A DNA stretch of 56,895 nt from an uncultured Eubacteriales bacterium (GTDB taxonomy: Bacteria > Bacillota > Clostridia > Oscillospirales > Acutalibacteraceae), in the NCBI GenBank assembly GCA_900317315.1, contig ONGI01000002.1, positions 1 through 56,895 on the forward strand, written 5' to 3'. The translations under genes were made by a program, and so were the position numbers. The notes under the pieces are model-generated. The model was not told the origin of the DNA, made no database searches, and saw only the letters and a program-made list of their open reading frames with translations. Every line of letters begins with the position of its first letter. The first letter of the stretch is position 1. Positions 39,105 through 48,654 of the stretch are shown piece after piece.

Positions 39105-39570
39105 TCAAATTCCTTTTTTCATGATTCGATCGTATATTGCGGTTTTTCTTCAGATATGCTAACCCACTGTTTATATTATACAATAACTTGCAGGCAATTT
39201 TCAATAGGTATTTCGCAAATATTTTTATTTTTTCGCAAATTTTTTGAATAGCTTTTTTCGTTATTCGAATAATAGGGCTGTATATCCGAAACAGCACGCG
39301 CCCTATCGTCAACCGGTAGAGCACGATCCCCGACAAGCTGCCTGCCGCGACATAAAAGCGGACGTAGCCCGACAGATATGCCAGCGAAAAGCAGAATATC
39401 GCCAGTGCCCACAAGAGCATAAAGCAGCTGTCCGAGAGGACGACAGCGAGCCTGCCGGGGCAAAAGGCGGTCCTCCAAAGCTTGAGCAGTCCGTAGATGA
39501 CGCCGAGGCCGATCCCCATGAGGACGGAACAGCCAAAGGCGACCGACTGCTGCGCCACTGTCAGCTCCAC
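39025..39570 (-). CDS. yabQ: Spore cortex biosynthesis protein YabQ
   Basis: G..LG.IY, G.VRFY...G...G..LY pattern; located between yabP and divIC. Confidence 0.8.
   Translation of the reverse strand: MELTVAQQSVAFGCSVLMGIGLGVIYGLLKLWRTAFCPGRLAVVLSDSCFMLLWALAIFCFSLAYLSGYVRFYVAAGSLSGIVLYRLTIGRVLFRIYSPIIRITKKAIQKICEKIKIFAKYLLKIACKLLYNINSGLAYLKKNRNIRSNHEKRNLNDKKKKKLPKKNGGAVNKCRQCSRRR
39175..39204 (-). promoter_or_regulatory. Internal sigmaA-type promoter for divIC inside yabQ
   Basis: TTGAAA-18-TATAAT in the AT-rich yabQ 3' end. Confidence 0.45.
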
Positions 39571-39579
39571 GATCTTCCC

Positions 39580-39852
39580 CTACCGGAACAGCTTGGAGAA
39601 CCGCGAGCGCGAGCCGTCGCTTCCGCTGTATTGCAGCGAGTTGACGGCGCCGTCCACGGTGACGTCGCCCGTTTCGAGATTCAGCCGGTCGATATGCAGA
39701 CCGCTGCCCTTTATCATCAGGTTGCCTGCCGAGGTTTTGACCGCGATGGTCTCCTCGTTAAAACCGCTCACATCCTCGGCGCCGGTCAGCACCAGCCGTT
39801 TGCGGTCGTCCAGCATGAGAGTGTGCTTTTTCCTGCTCGGTGATTCGCTCAT
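39580..39852 (-). CDS. yabP: Sporulation protein YabP
   Basis: HTL.LDDRKRL.LTG..DV..F.E..I...T..G.L.IKG..LHI..LNLE.G. Confidence 0.92.
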   Translation of the reverse strand: MSESPSRKKHTLMLDDRKRLVLTGAEDVSGFNEETIAVKTSAGNLMIKGSGLHIDRLNLETGDVTVDGAVNSLQYSGSDGSRSRFSKLFR

Positions 39853-39881
39853 AAGATGACCTCCGTATATTGTTACGGTAA

Positions 39882-39910
39882 TATATACGGAGAAGCCGGG
39901 CGAAAAATGC
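39882..39910 (-). promoter_or_regulatory. sigmaE-type promoter for yabPQ
   Basis: GCATTTT-14-CGTATATA. Confidence 0.55.
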
Positions 39911-39926
39911 CTGTCCTTTTGCTATC

Positions 39927-40166
39927 CTATACCGCGGTGTACATGGTCGCCGCGTCCTCCTTGCGGACGGTCTCTTTGACCTCTGTCACCCTAACACGGA
40001 CGCTGCGCGCGCCGAGCGTGATCTCGAGAATATCGCCGACCTTCACATCATAGGAGGCGCGTGCGATTTTTCCGTTGACCGTGACCTTGCCGGCGTCGCA
40101 CGCTTCATTGGCAACGGTGCGGCGCTTGATCAGGCGCGACACCTTCAAATATTTGTCTAATCTCAT
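39927..40166 (-). CDS. yabO: S4 RNA-binding protein YabO (RqcP-like)
   Basis: MRLDKYLKVSRLIKRRTVANEAC. Confidence 0.93.
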   Translation of the reverse strand: MRLDKYLKVSRLIKRRTVANEACDAGKVTVNGKIARASYDVKVGDILEITLGARSVRVRVTEVKETVRKEDAATMYTAV

Positions 40167-40199
40167 CAGAAAAGTCCTTTCAAAATGCTTTCAAAAGTG

Positions 40200-40225
40200 A
40201 AAAAAGAGCCTGCAAGCGGCTCTTT
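40200..40225 (-). terminator. hup terminator
   Basis: AAAGAGCC-N7-GGCTCTTT then TT. Confidence 0.65.
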
Positions 40226-40238
40226 CATCAGTAGTTCA

Positions 40239-40444
40239 TTACTTGTTGACAATGTCCTTGAACGCTTTGCCCGCCTTGAACGCAGGAACCTTGGAAGCCG
40301 GAATGTCAATGGAGTTGCCGGTTCTGGGGTCTACGCCGGTTCTTGCGTTTCTCTGGCGCTGCTAACGGTCAGAGCCTTCTCGGCGTCTTTTTTGGAAATG
40401 CCGACATTTTCTTTAATAACATCAATTAAATCTGTCTTTTTCAT
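40239..40444 (-). pseudogene. hup: HU DNA-binding protein gene with an internal ~70-nt deletion and frameshift
   Basis: MKKTDLIDVIKENVGISKKDAEKALT in one frame and [36 protein letters not shown] in another; total 206 nt; GFG core absent. Confidence 0.88.
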
Positions 40445-40460
40445 GTTGAAAAAACCTCCA

Positions 40461-41264
40461 TTAATTATTCTTTAGTTTTATCTTAACTTCCTCCCAAAGG
40501 GAATCAAGTACGCTCATATCGGCGTTTTTCATGTCGATACCGCGCTCCAGCGCCAGCTGCTCGACCATCGAAAAACGGTTGATAAATTTGTCACAAGTCT
40601 GATAAAGTGCCTTTTCGCTGTCCACACCGAGAAAACGGGAAACGTTAACGACCGAAAAGAGCACGTCGCCCAGCTCCTCTGTTTGGTTCTCGATGGTGCT
40701 GTGTGTGATAGCGACCTTTAGCTCACTGATCTCCTCGGAGAGCTTGTCGAGCGCGCCGTACACATTTTCCCAGTCAAAGCCGACCTTTGCCGCTTTGCGC
40801 TGGATCTTCTCGCTGCGCATCAAAGACGGCAGCGCTCTCGAAATGCTCTGCATGGCTTCGGTCTGGGTCTTTTGATGCTTGGTCTGCATTTTGACCGCAT
40901 TCCAGTTTTGCAGCGCCTCTTTTTCGTTGTCAGCCGATTTGTCGCCGAACACGTGCGGATGACGGATGATCAGCTTTTTGCAGATGCCGTCGCACACGTC
41001 GTTCATATCAAAGGAGCCTGCCTCACGCTCCATTTCGGAGTGGAGCGCCACCTGCAGCAGCACGTCGCCCAGCTCCTCCTTGAGCAGTTCGGTGTCCTTT
41101 GTGTCGATGGCTTCGATCGCTTCATAGGTTTCTTCGATAAAGTTGGAGCGAATGGATTCATGTGTCTGCGCCATGTCCCACGGACATCCGCCGGGTGCGC
41201 GCAGGATCTTGACAATTTCAATCAGATCATTAAAATCGTATCTTTCTTTTTGCGGGTATTCCAT
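40461..41264 (-). CDS. mazG: Nucleoside triphosphate pyrophosphohydrolase (tandem MazG, no methylase domain)
   Basis: LRAPGGCPWD..QTHES, EELGDVL twice, RHPHVF, KVGFDW. Confidence 0.94.
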   Translation of the reverse strand: MEYPQKERYDFNDLIEIVKILRAPGGCPWDMAQTHESIRSNFIEETYEAIEAIDTKDTELLKEELGDVLLQVALHSEMEREAGSFDMNDVCDGICKKLIIRHPHVFGDKSADNEKEALQNWNAVKMQTKHQKTQTEAMQSISRALPSLMRSEKIQRKAAKVGFDWENVYGALDKLSEEISELKVAITHSTIENQTEELGDVLFSVVNVSRFLGVDSEKALYQTCDKFINRFSMVEQLALERGIDMKNADMSVLDSLWEEVKIKLKNN

Positions 41265-41308
41265 TGCTTGTTTATCTCCTGTTTAGTTGTTTAGCGCCGC
41301 ATATTATT

Positions 41309-43336
41309 TTACCCAATCAGGTGGAATTTTTCAAGTGTTTTTGCAATTTTTTCACCTTTTGGAAGAAATTTGACTTCTTCGATACTAAAGGTGCGAATTA
41401 TTAGTAAAACTGCACCATAAACGACTACCGCGAACAGGATCGCAAAAACAGTCGATATACGGCTGAAAAATCCCGGCGGCAGCATGCCGACCAGACGGAA
41501 GGTCAAAAAGCCTGCGCCGATGCCGACCGCTGCGCCCGCAAGCGCCGAAAACAGGCGGTTTATGCTGTATTTTTCTTCGGTAAAATGCCGTCCCACGGGC
41601 GTGGTGCCTGCGAGGATATGACCGATAAAGATGATCACGCCTGTCACCGCGACCGCAACAAAAATGCTCAGGCATACCGCCGTGGCGGTGAAGTTGTGCG
41701 ACAGCAGATGATAAGCGCCCAGCGCGCCCAAGGCGCAGCAGACGGACGCAATCAGGGGCTTGACGGTCGTGCTGAAAAAGTCTGGCATGACGCCGCTGTA
41801 TTTCACCAGCAGGAACATGCCGATGATGCAAATCAGTGCGTAGGAGACCAGCGAGCCGGCGGTAGCGCCCTGAATGTTGATCGCCGGGATGCTGACGAAG
41901 ATCCAAGAGGTCCCCACCTTGACCAGCATGCAGAGGGTGTAGAGGATCATCGGGATCTTGACCTTGCCGATACCGTTTATCATGGAGCATATCGGGGTGA
42001 TGATCGCCGTGAATATCGTGGTGACGCCCATGACGGTGAGCACATTGCCGCCGATCTGCACGATCTCCGGACTCCTGCCGTAGACAAGCTCCATGACCGG
42101 ATGTGCCAGCACGCACAGACCGAAGGACATGGGCAGGGTGAACATCATCGTCATTTTGAGGACGGTATTGATCGAGGTGCGCAGCTCGCGCTTGTCTCCC
42201 TTTGTCCATGCGCTGGTGACGTTGGGCATCGCCGAGGAGCCGAACACCTGTGTGACCGCAGTGACGAGCTGCATCAGCGTCAGCGCGTTGGAGTAGCAGC
42301 CCCAGAGATTGGTGTGGATGGTGATGTGCTTGCCGTGGAACGCGTCCGGCGGATAGAACATATGGTACTGCGCCATCAGCTCCTGCTCGTGGGTCTGCGC
42401 GAGGTTCAGCAGCACGTTTTGAATGATGATCGAATCGACCCATGAGCCGAGACTCATGACCAGCGTGCCTGCCGCGATGGGCAGCGCCGTCTTGATGATC
42501 GTCATAAAGGTCTCGCGCTTTTGGCGGGCTTCAACGGAGTTTTCGTAATATTCCTTGGGAATGCCGTCGCCCTGGAGCTTGAATTTCAGGAAGTAATAGA
42601 GCCAGGACAGCATGCTGCTCAGCGAGATGCCGATGATCGCGCCGGCGACGGAGAACGCCAGAATGGTGTGGTTGGCTTCTTCCGCATTGGCAAAATGCAT
42701 CCACAAAAACGAGTGGGTGGCGGCGTTGGATTCCATGCCCCAAACCAGGATGCCGTAGGCGAGCAGCGAGCCGACGACCAGCTTGACGACCGCCTCGATG
42801 ATCTCGGAGACGGCGGTCGGCGTCATGTTGCGCTGACCCTCATAGTAGCCGCGGTAGGCGGAGGCGAGGCAGCCGAAAAAGACCGTGGGCGCCAGGGCGA
42901 CCATGCCGTAGACGGCGTAGCGCGATTTGATGACAAAATATGTGTAGGGCACGCTGGAGCCGACGATGATCAAAAAGCAGACCAAGCCGAGGATCGTAAA
43001 GAACGGAACGGAGATATTGTGGATCTGCCGCACATCCTTGTAGCGTTTTTTGGTCATGTTTTCGGACACCAAGCGCGAAATTGCGATGGGCAGACCGCCG
43101 GTGGCGACCGTAAAGATAACGACAAACAGCTCGTAGGCGTTGGCGTAAAGACCCATGCCGAAGGAAGCCATGCCTTCGATGCCGTAGTTGGTTAAAATGC
43201 GAACGAGAATGATCTTGTTAAGGAGTCCGAACACCTTGACGATGACCATGCTGATCGTCAGAATGGCAGCGCCTTTGATAAAGGAGGAAGAAACGTCCTG
43301 CTCAAAGTTTTTGACCGCGTTGTATGTTTTTCTCAA
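41309..43336 (-). CDS. SpoVB/YabM-like MOP-family flippase (polysaccharide biosynthesis protein)
   Basis: FIKGAAIL, GLPIAISRLVSE, RGYYEG..NMTPTAVSEIIE, LPKGEKI C-terminus; AGGTGG RBS before TTG 43336. Confidence 0.88.
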   Translation of the reverse strand: MRKTYNAVKNFEQDVSSSFIKGAAILTISMVIVKVFGLLNKIILVRILTNYGIEGMASFGMGLYANAYELFVVIFTVATGGLPIAISRLVSENMTKKRYKDVRQIHNISVPFFTILGLVCFLIIVGSSVPYTYFVIKSRYAVYGMVALAPTVFFGCLASAYRGYYEGQRNMTPTAVSEIIEAVVKLVVGSLLAYGILVWGMESNAATHSFLWMHFANAEEANHTILAFSVAGAIIGISLSSMLSWLYYFLKFKLQGDGIPKEYYENSVEARQKRETFMTIIKTALPIAAGTLVMSLGSWVDSIIIQNVLLNLAQTHEQELMAQYHMFYPPDAFHGKHITIHTNLWGCYSNALTLMQLVTAVTQVFGSSAMPNVTSAWTKGDKRELRTSINTVLKMTMMFTLPMSFGLCVLAHPVMELVYGRSPEIVQIGGNVLTVMGVTTIFTAIITPICSMINGIGKVKIPMILYTLCMLVKVGTSWIFVSIPAINIQGATAGSLVSYALICIIGMFLLVKYSGVMPDFFSTTVKPLIASVCCALGALGAYHLLSHNFTATAVCLSIFVAVAVTGVIIFIGHILAGTTPVGRHFTEEKYSINRLFSALAGAAVGIGAGFLTFRLVGMLPPGFFSRISTVFAILFAVVVYGAVLLIIRTFSIEEVKFLPKGEKIAKTLEKFHLIG

Positions 43337-43454
43337 ATTATACCACCTATCAGTGTCAAAAAGGATTGTATTTGTATAAAAAGCGATTATCCGCGCAACA
43401 GGGGCGCACAAATGCCGCCCCTGTTGTTGCTATCGTTATACTACTGATTTGGGA

Positions 43455-44009
43455 TCATTCTTTTTCTGCTGCTTCGTCGGCTTCGGCATTCGCCGCCTTT
43501 TCGGCCTCCGCAGGCGTCTCTTCTTCATCTGCTTCGGCAGTCACGGCAGCCGCTTCCTCCGCGACCGTCACGACTTCGTTTTCCGTTACGGCAACAGCTT
43601 CCTCTGCAGGTGATTCTTCCGCGGCGACCGGCTCCTCCGTCTCAAACTTGTGACCGCAGATGTTGCAGAAAACAGAGTACTGCGGAACGGCGTTTTCACA
43701 GGCGGGGCAAATCTTCTGGTTCTTGATAGAGGCGATATGCGCGTTTACCAGCGCAAGGCTCTGCTTCAGCTCGGTGATCTCCTCAACGGTTTTGGCAATA
43801 TCCCCGGAGAGGTCAACATCCTGTGTGGTAGCCTTATAGGTCAGCTTGCCGAGCACGATCAGCTTTTTGACGATACTGCGCTTGATGCCCTCAGCGGAGA
43901 TCCTGTGCTTGGAGGCGTCATAGAATTTTACAGCCTGCTTGGAAACAGCCGATGCAGCCGCCATGGCATTTTCTCTCACGTCGCCGAAGAGTGTGTCAAA
44001 ATTTTTCAT
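43455..44009 (-). CDS. Coiled-coil plus zinc-ribbon protein with acidic tail
   Basis: CPAC..FCNICG; E/A-rich C-terminus; AAAGGTG RBS before ATG 44009; TTGATT-17-TATAAT at 44061-44089. Confidence 0.8.
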   Translation of the reverse strand: MKNFDTLFGDVRENAMAAASAVSKQAVKFYDASKHRISAEGIKRSIVKKLIVLGKLTYKATTQDVDLSGDIAKTVEEITELKQSLALVNAHIASIKNQKICPACENAVPQYSVFCNICGHKFETEEPVAAEESPAEEAVAVTENEVVTVAEEAAAVTAEADEEETPAEAEKAANAEADEAAEKE

Positions 44010-44069
44010 TGGTCTCACCTTTCTTTTTTCCGGATGAAAAACCCGAAGTATTTGCTCAATATTATACCA

Positions 44070-45533
44070 CTATTCGGCTGAATAATCAACCGTCTTTTTA
44101 CCATAAAACCGTGAAATTTGGGCTTTTCTATTGAGCATTTCATCAAATCTGTCTATATATTCATACGGATACTTAAAATTGAAAATCCGCTCCAAATAAT
44201 CGCTGCTTTGATCGCGCAGCTTGCTCACGCCGCCGCAGCCGCAGGCGAGGATGGTGTGGGTCTCGTCCATGACATAGACGTTGTAATAGCTCTCGCAGCC
44301 GGGCTTTGACCAGCCGACGTTCTCGAGGTTGCCGACCATGCGCGTCTGGCGGTAGAGGTAGTACGGGATGTAACCGTTCGCCGTCAGCCGTTCGCGCGCA
44401 TAGGCGACCATCTGCCGCGCAGCCAGCGCCTCTTCCCTGTTGAGCGTCTTGCCCTCGGTGGTGAGGTTGGCGGCACGCTTCATGCAGAGCGTGTGCACGG
44501 TGATGCTCTCGGCGTTCAGACCGAGCACCGTGTCGAGCGAACGGCAAAAGCTCTCCGGCGTGTCGGTGGGCAGTCCGGCGATCAAATCGGTGTTGATGTT
44601 CTCAAAGCCGCAGCGCCGTGCCAGTGCAAACGCCTCCAAAAACTGTTCGGCGGTGTGTTTTCTGCCGATGGCGCAGAGCACGCTGTCGCTGAGCGTCTGC
44701 GGATTGATGCTGATCCTGTCAATGTTATTTTCTTTTAAAGCAAAAAGCTTCTCCGCCGTCACGGTGTCGGGTCTGCCTGCCTCCACCGTGAATTCATGGC
44801 AGCGCGACAAATCAAAGCAGCGGTTGACGGTGCCGAGCACGCGGTCGAGCTGTTCGGCGCTCAGGGTGGTGGGCGTGCCGCCGCCGAAGTAGACGCTCTC
44901 GAGCCGCAGACCGCAGTCGTTTGCGATCTGCGCGGTCACTTTCAGCTCCTCGCACAGCAGGTCAACATACGGCGCGATCAGCTTTTGGGCGCGCTCGACC
45001 GACGCCATCACAAAGGAGCAGTAGCTGCACCGCGACGGACAAAACGGGATGCCCACATACAGGCTGAACGAATCGGGATGCGACTGTTCGATGATGCGCT
45101 GCTCGTGCGCTTCGGTTTGCAGGGCGAGCGCGGTCTTTTCTTCGCTGACAAAATAGTCGTGCAGGAATTTTTGCTTTGCCGCTTCCTTGCCGACGGTGCG
45201 GTCAAGCTTGCGCAAAAGCTTGATGGGGCGCACGCCGGTCAGCAGACCCCAAGGCTGCTCCACACCGCTGTATTCCGCCAAAATGCGGTAGAGCAGGCGG
45301 ACGGTCTGCAGCTCGTTCTCCCCGTTCGAAGCCGAAGCGGCGGCGTGTGATTCACGCAAAAAGTCGCCGATTTTGACGCGGACGGTGATCGTGTCGCCCA
45401 GCTCTGTATAAATATACGGCGCCTGCACCGCTGAAAATTCCTTAAAAACCGAGATTTTTTCATTCGGAAAAAACAGCCGCGTCAGGTTCTCGACCTCAAA
45501 CCAAAAGGTGTTGTTTTTGATATAGACGTTCAT
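44070..45533 (-). CDS. hemZ: HemZ-like radical SAM protein
   Basis: PWGLLTGVRP, IPFCPSRCSYCSF, GGGTPT, EAGRPD, PYYLYRQ. Confidence 0.9.
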   Translation of the reverse strand: MNVYIKNNTFWFEVENLTRLFFPNEKISVFKEFSAVQAPYIYTELGDTITVRVKIGDFLRESHAAASASNGENELQTVRLLYRILAEYSGVEQPWGLLTGVRPIKLLRKLDRTVGKEAAKQKFLHDYFVSEEKTALALQTEAHEQRIIEQSHPDSFSLYVGIPFCPSRCSYCSFVMASVERAQKLIAPYVDLLCEELKVTAQIANDCGLRLESVYFGGGTPTTLSAEQLDRVLGTVNRCFDLSRCHEFTVEAGRPDTVTAEKLFALKENNIDRISINPQTLSDSVLCAIGRKHTAEQFLEAFALARRCGFENINTDLIAGLPTDTPESFCRSLDTVLGLNAESITVHTLCMKRAANLTTEGKTLNREEALAARQMVAYARERLTANGYIPYYLYRQTRMVGNLENVGWSKPGCESYYNVYVMDETHTILACGCGGVSKLRDQSSDYLERIFNFKYPYEYIDRFDEMLNRKAQISRFYGKKTVDYSAE

Positions 45534-45534
45534 G

Positions 45535-46161
45535 CTACAGCCGTCCCATCAGCGGATTGTACAGTCTCTCGTGACCGAGCGTGGTGAGCGGACCGTGACC
45601 GGGGATGATGTGGCAGTCGCCCTTTAGCTCCTTGACGCGCTTGAGGGACTGCACCATCTGGCGGTCGTCGCCGGTGGGCAGGTCGGTCCTGCCGTAGGAT
45701 TCCTCAAAGATCAGGTCGCCTGCCAGCATGACGTTCTCAAAGAGAAAGATGCCGCAGCCGGCGGTGTGACCGGGTGTGGAGAGGTAGGTGATCTCGGTAT
45801 TGCCGAGCATAAAGGTGTCGCCGTCATCGAGCAGCATGTCCGCCTCAAAGGGCGTGAACGGAATGCCGTGGTTGCGCGTTCCGTTGAGATGGCCGTCGCG
45901 CAAAAACGGCGCGTTGAGCCTGCCGGTGACGATTTTGGCGTTGTATTTGTCGGCGAGCTGCTTGGCGTAGCAGATGTGGTCGTAGTGACCGTGGGTCAGC
46001 AGCACATACGCAAGCTTGCCGCCGTCCGCGTCGATCTGCTTTTCGAGTGCGGCGGAGCGTGCGCCCGGGTCGCTGACAGCCGATGTGCCGGTCGCTTCGT
46101 CCACCAGATAGCAGCAGTTGGTGCCGAGCATGGTTACGGGATAGATCTGTATGTGTATCAT
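45535..46161 (-). CDS. MBL-fold metallo-hydrolase
   Basis: THGHYDH, TPGHTAG, GRTDLP, PGHG. Confidence 0.92.
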   Translation of the reverse strand: MIHIQIYPVTMLGTNCCYLVDEATGTSAVSDPGARSAALEKQIDADGGKLAYVLLTHGHYDHICYAKQLADKYNAKIVTGRLNAPFLRDGHLNGTRNHGIPFTPFEADMLLDDGDTFMLGNTEITYLSTPGHTAGCGIFLFENVMLAGDLIFEESYGRTDLPTGDDRQMVQSLKRVKELKGDCHIIPGHGPLTTLGHERLYNPLMGRL

Positions 46162-46613
46162 CGCTTCAAATCCTTTGAATCAATATCAATGGTGACGGGA
46201 CCGTCGTTGACAAGGCTTACCTGCATGTCAGCGCCGAAGACGCCCTGCGCCACTTTTTTGACGCCGTTTTGCCGCAGTCTTTCGCAAAAATACCGGTAGA
46301 GCGGCTCGGCTGTTTCGGGTCGCGCCGCGCCGATAAAGCTCGGGCGTCTGCCGTGAGAGCAGTCGGCGCAAAGGGTGAAATTGGAGATGACCAGCACCTC
46401 GCCGTCGATGTCGGCGAGCGCCAGATTCATTTTGTCGTTGGGGTCGGTAAAGACGCGCAGTCCGCTGATTTTATCCGCGAGCACCTGCGCTTCCTTTTCG
46501 TCGTCTCCCTGCGCCACGCCGAGCAGTATCAAAAAGCCCTTGCTCACCTCGCCGACGGTTTTTCCGTCTACGGCAACGGCGGCGCCGGAAACTCGCTGTA
46601 TGATCGCTTTCAT
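46158..46613 (-). CDS. dtd: D-aminoacyl-tRNA deacylase
   Basis: MKAIIQRV, SNFTL, GRRPSF, FGADMQV.L.NDGPVT. Confidence 0.96.
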   Translation of the reverse strand: MKAIIQRVSGAAVAVDGKTVGEVSKGFLILLGVAQGDDEKEAQVLADKISGLRVFTDPNDKMNLALADIDGEVLVISNFTLCADCSHGRRPSFIGAARPETAEPLYRYFCERLRQNGVKKVAQGVFGADMQVSLVNDGPVTIDIDSKDLKR

Positions 46614-46633
46614 ATTACCTCAATAGTGTTAAA

Positions 46634-48426
46634 TTATGATTGTTTCTTTCTGAACGCCTGCTTCATGCGCTGTTCCTTGGAGAGGATGCGCTTGCGCATG
46701 CGGATATTTTCGGGTGTGACCTCCACCAGCTCGTCGTCCGCGATAAATTCCAGACACTGCTCCAGCGACATAATTGTCGGCGGCGTGAGCTTGAGCGCGT
46801 CGTCGGAGCCGGACGCACGGGTGTTGGTGATATGCTTTTTCTTGCAGACATTGACGGTGATGTCCTCCGACTTGGGGCTTGCGCCGACGATCATGCCCTC
46901 ATAGACCGGCACGCCCGCGCCGATAAAGAGTCTGCCGCGTTCCTGCGCCGCGTACAGACCGTAGGTGACGGAATCGCCGGTTTCAAAGGCAATCAGCGAC
47001 CCTTGGTGACGGGTGACGATCTCGCCCTTGAACGGCTCGTAGCCGTCAAAGACATGGTTCATGATGCCGTTGCCGTTGGTGTCGGTGAGAAATTCGGGAC
47101 GGTAGCCCATCAAGCCTCTCGCCGGAATGCGGAATTCGATATGCGTCACGCCGCCGTCGCGCGTGCCCATATTGATCAGCTCCGCCTTGCGTGCGCCGAG
47201 CTTTTCCATGACCGCGCCCACATAGGAGTCGGGCACCTCGACGATCAGATATTCCATCGGCTCGCAGAGCTTGCCGTCAATCGTCTTGGTGATGACCTCG
47301 GGACGCGATACCTGAAATTCAAAATTCTGCCGGCGCATGGTTTCGATGAGAATGGAAAGGTGCAGCTCGCCGCGACCCGATACCTTAAAGGTGTCGGCGC
47401 TGTCGGTTTCCTCCACGCGCAGGGCGATGTTGGTCTCGGTTTCCTTGAACAGCCGGTCGCGGATGTTGCGCGAGGTGACGTATTTGCCCTCTCTGCCGGC
47501 GAACGGGGAATTGTTGACGATAAAATTCATCGTGACGGTCGGTTCGTCGATCTTGACAAAGGGCAGCGGCTCCACACAGTCGTTGGAGCAGAGCGTCTCG
47601 CCGATGTTGATGTCCTGCACGCCGCTGATGCAGACGATGTCGCCGACGGTGGCTTCTTCGCACTCGATGCGCTTGAGTCCCTCAAACTGATAGAGCTTGC
47701 CGATGCGCACGATCTTGGTGGTGCCGTCGGTGTGGCAGAGGGTGACGGACTGACCGTTCTTGACCCTGCCGCGCTCCACGCGTCCCACGCCGATCCTGCC
47801 GACAAAGTTGTCCGCGTCGATATTGGAGATCAGGATCTGCAAACCGCCGTCAAAGTCGCCCTTGGGAGCGGGGATCTCATTGACGATCGCCTCAAAGAGC
47901 GGCTGCATGTCGGTGCCGTTTTGGTGGTAGTCGTCGGTGGCGTAGCCATCGCGTGCGGAGGCATAGATGACGGGGAAATCAAGCTGTTCTTCGTCGGCTC
48001 CCAGCTCGATGAACAAATCGAGCACCTCGTCCACGACCTCCTCGGGTCTGGCTCCCGGACGGTCGATCTTGTTGAGGACGACCAGCGGCTTTTTGCCGAG
48101 TGCCAGCGCCTTTTTGAGCACAAAGCGCGTCTGCGGCATGCAGCCCTCAAACGCATCGACCAGCAGCACGACGCCGTCAACAAGCTGCAAAATACGCTCC
48201 ACCTCGCCGCCGAAGTCGGCGTGTCCGGGCGTGTCTACGATGTTGATTTTGATATTGTTGTACATAACGGCGGTGGGCTTTGACAAAATGGTGATGCCGC
48301 GCTCGCGACCGCTTCGTTCTCGCGGAATATGCCGCTCTGACGCAGCAGCTGGTCAACCAGTGTGGTCTTGCCGTGGTCAACGTGGGCGATAATCGCGATA
48401 TTTCTCAGATTTTCTCTAACGTCCAT
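46634..48426 (-). pseudogene. typA: Translational GTPase TypA/BipA with a frameshifting deletion near 48305
   Basis: N-terminal [17 protein letters not shown] (ORF 48235..48426) is out of frame with [26 protein letters not shown]; the RVMDSND segment is absent. Confidence 0.9.
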
Positions 48427-48461
48427 AATCGTTCTCGCTTCCTCATAGATTCTATCTTTTT

Positions 48462-48490
48462 ATTATAGCACCACACAGCGACAATTGCAA
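48462..48490 (-). promoter_or_regulatory. sigmaA-type promoter of typA
   Basis: TTGCAA-17-TATAAT with TGn extension. Confidence 0.65.
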
Positions 48491-48594
48491 TTTGTTTTTT
48501 GAATATTTTTATCCACTATTATTCTGATTTCGAATTATAAACAGAGATTCGAACGCCAAAAACCGTTTTTTGGTGCAGATAACAGAAATTTTAC

Positions 48595-48629
48595 TTTACA
48601 ACGACCGCAGATTGTTATATAATTGACAT
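48595..48629 (+). promoter_or_regulatory. sigmaA-type promoter overlapped by a candidate Rex operator
   Basis: TTTACA-17-TATAAT; TTGTTAT-ATAA-TTGACAT at 48612-48629. Confidence 0.55.
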
Positions 48630-48654
48630 AAATATGAAAATTGGAGGATTCTAC

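Noticed and set aside
43395-43427. 12-bp stem upstream of the SpoVB-like gene as a riboswitch
   Set aside because: A single hairpin just after a stop codon; most simply a weak terminator or 3' stabiliser
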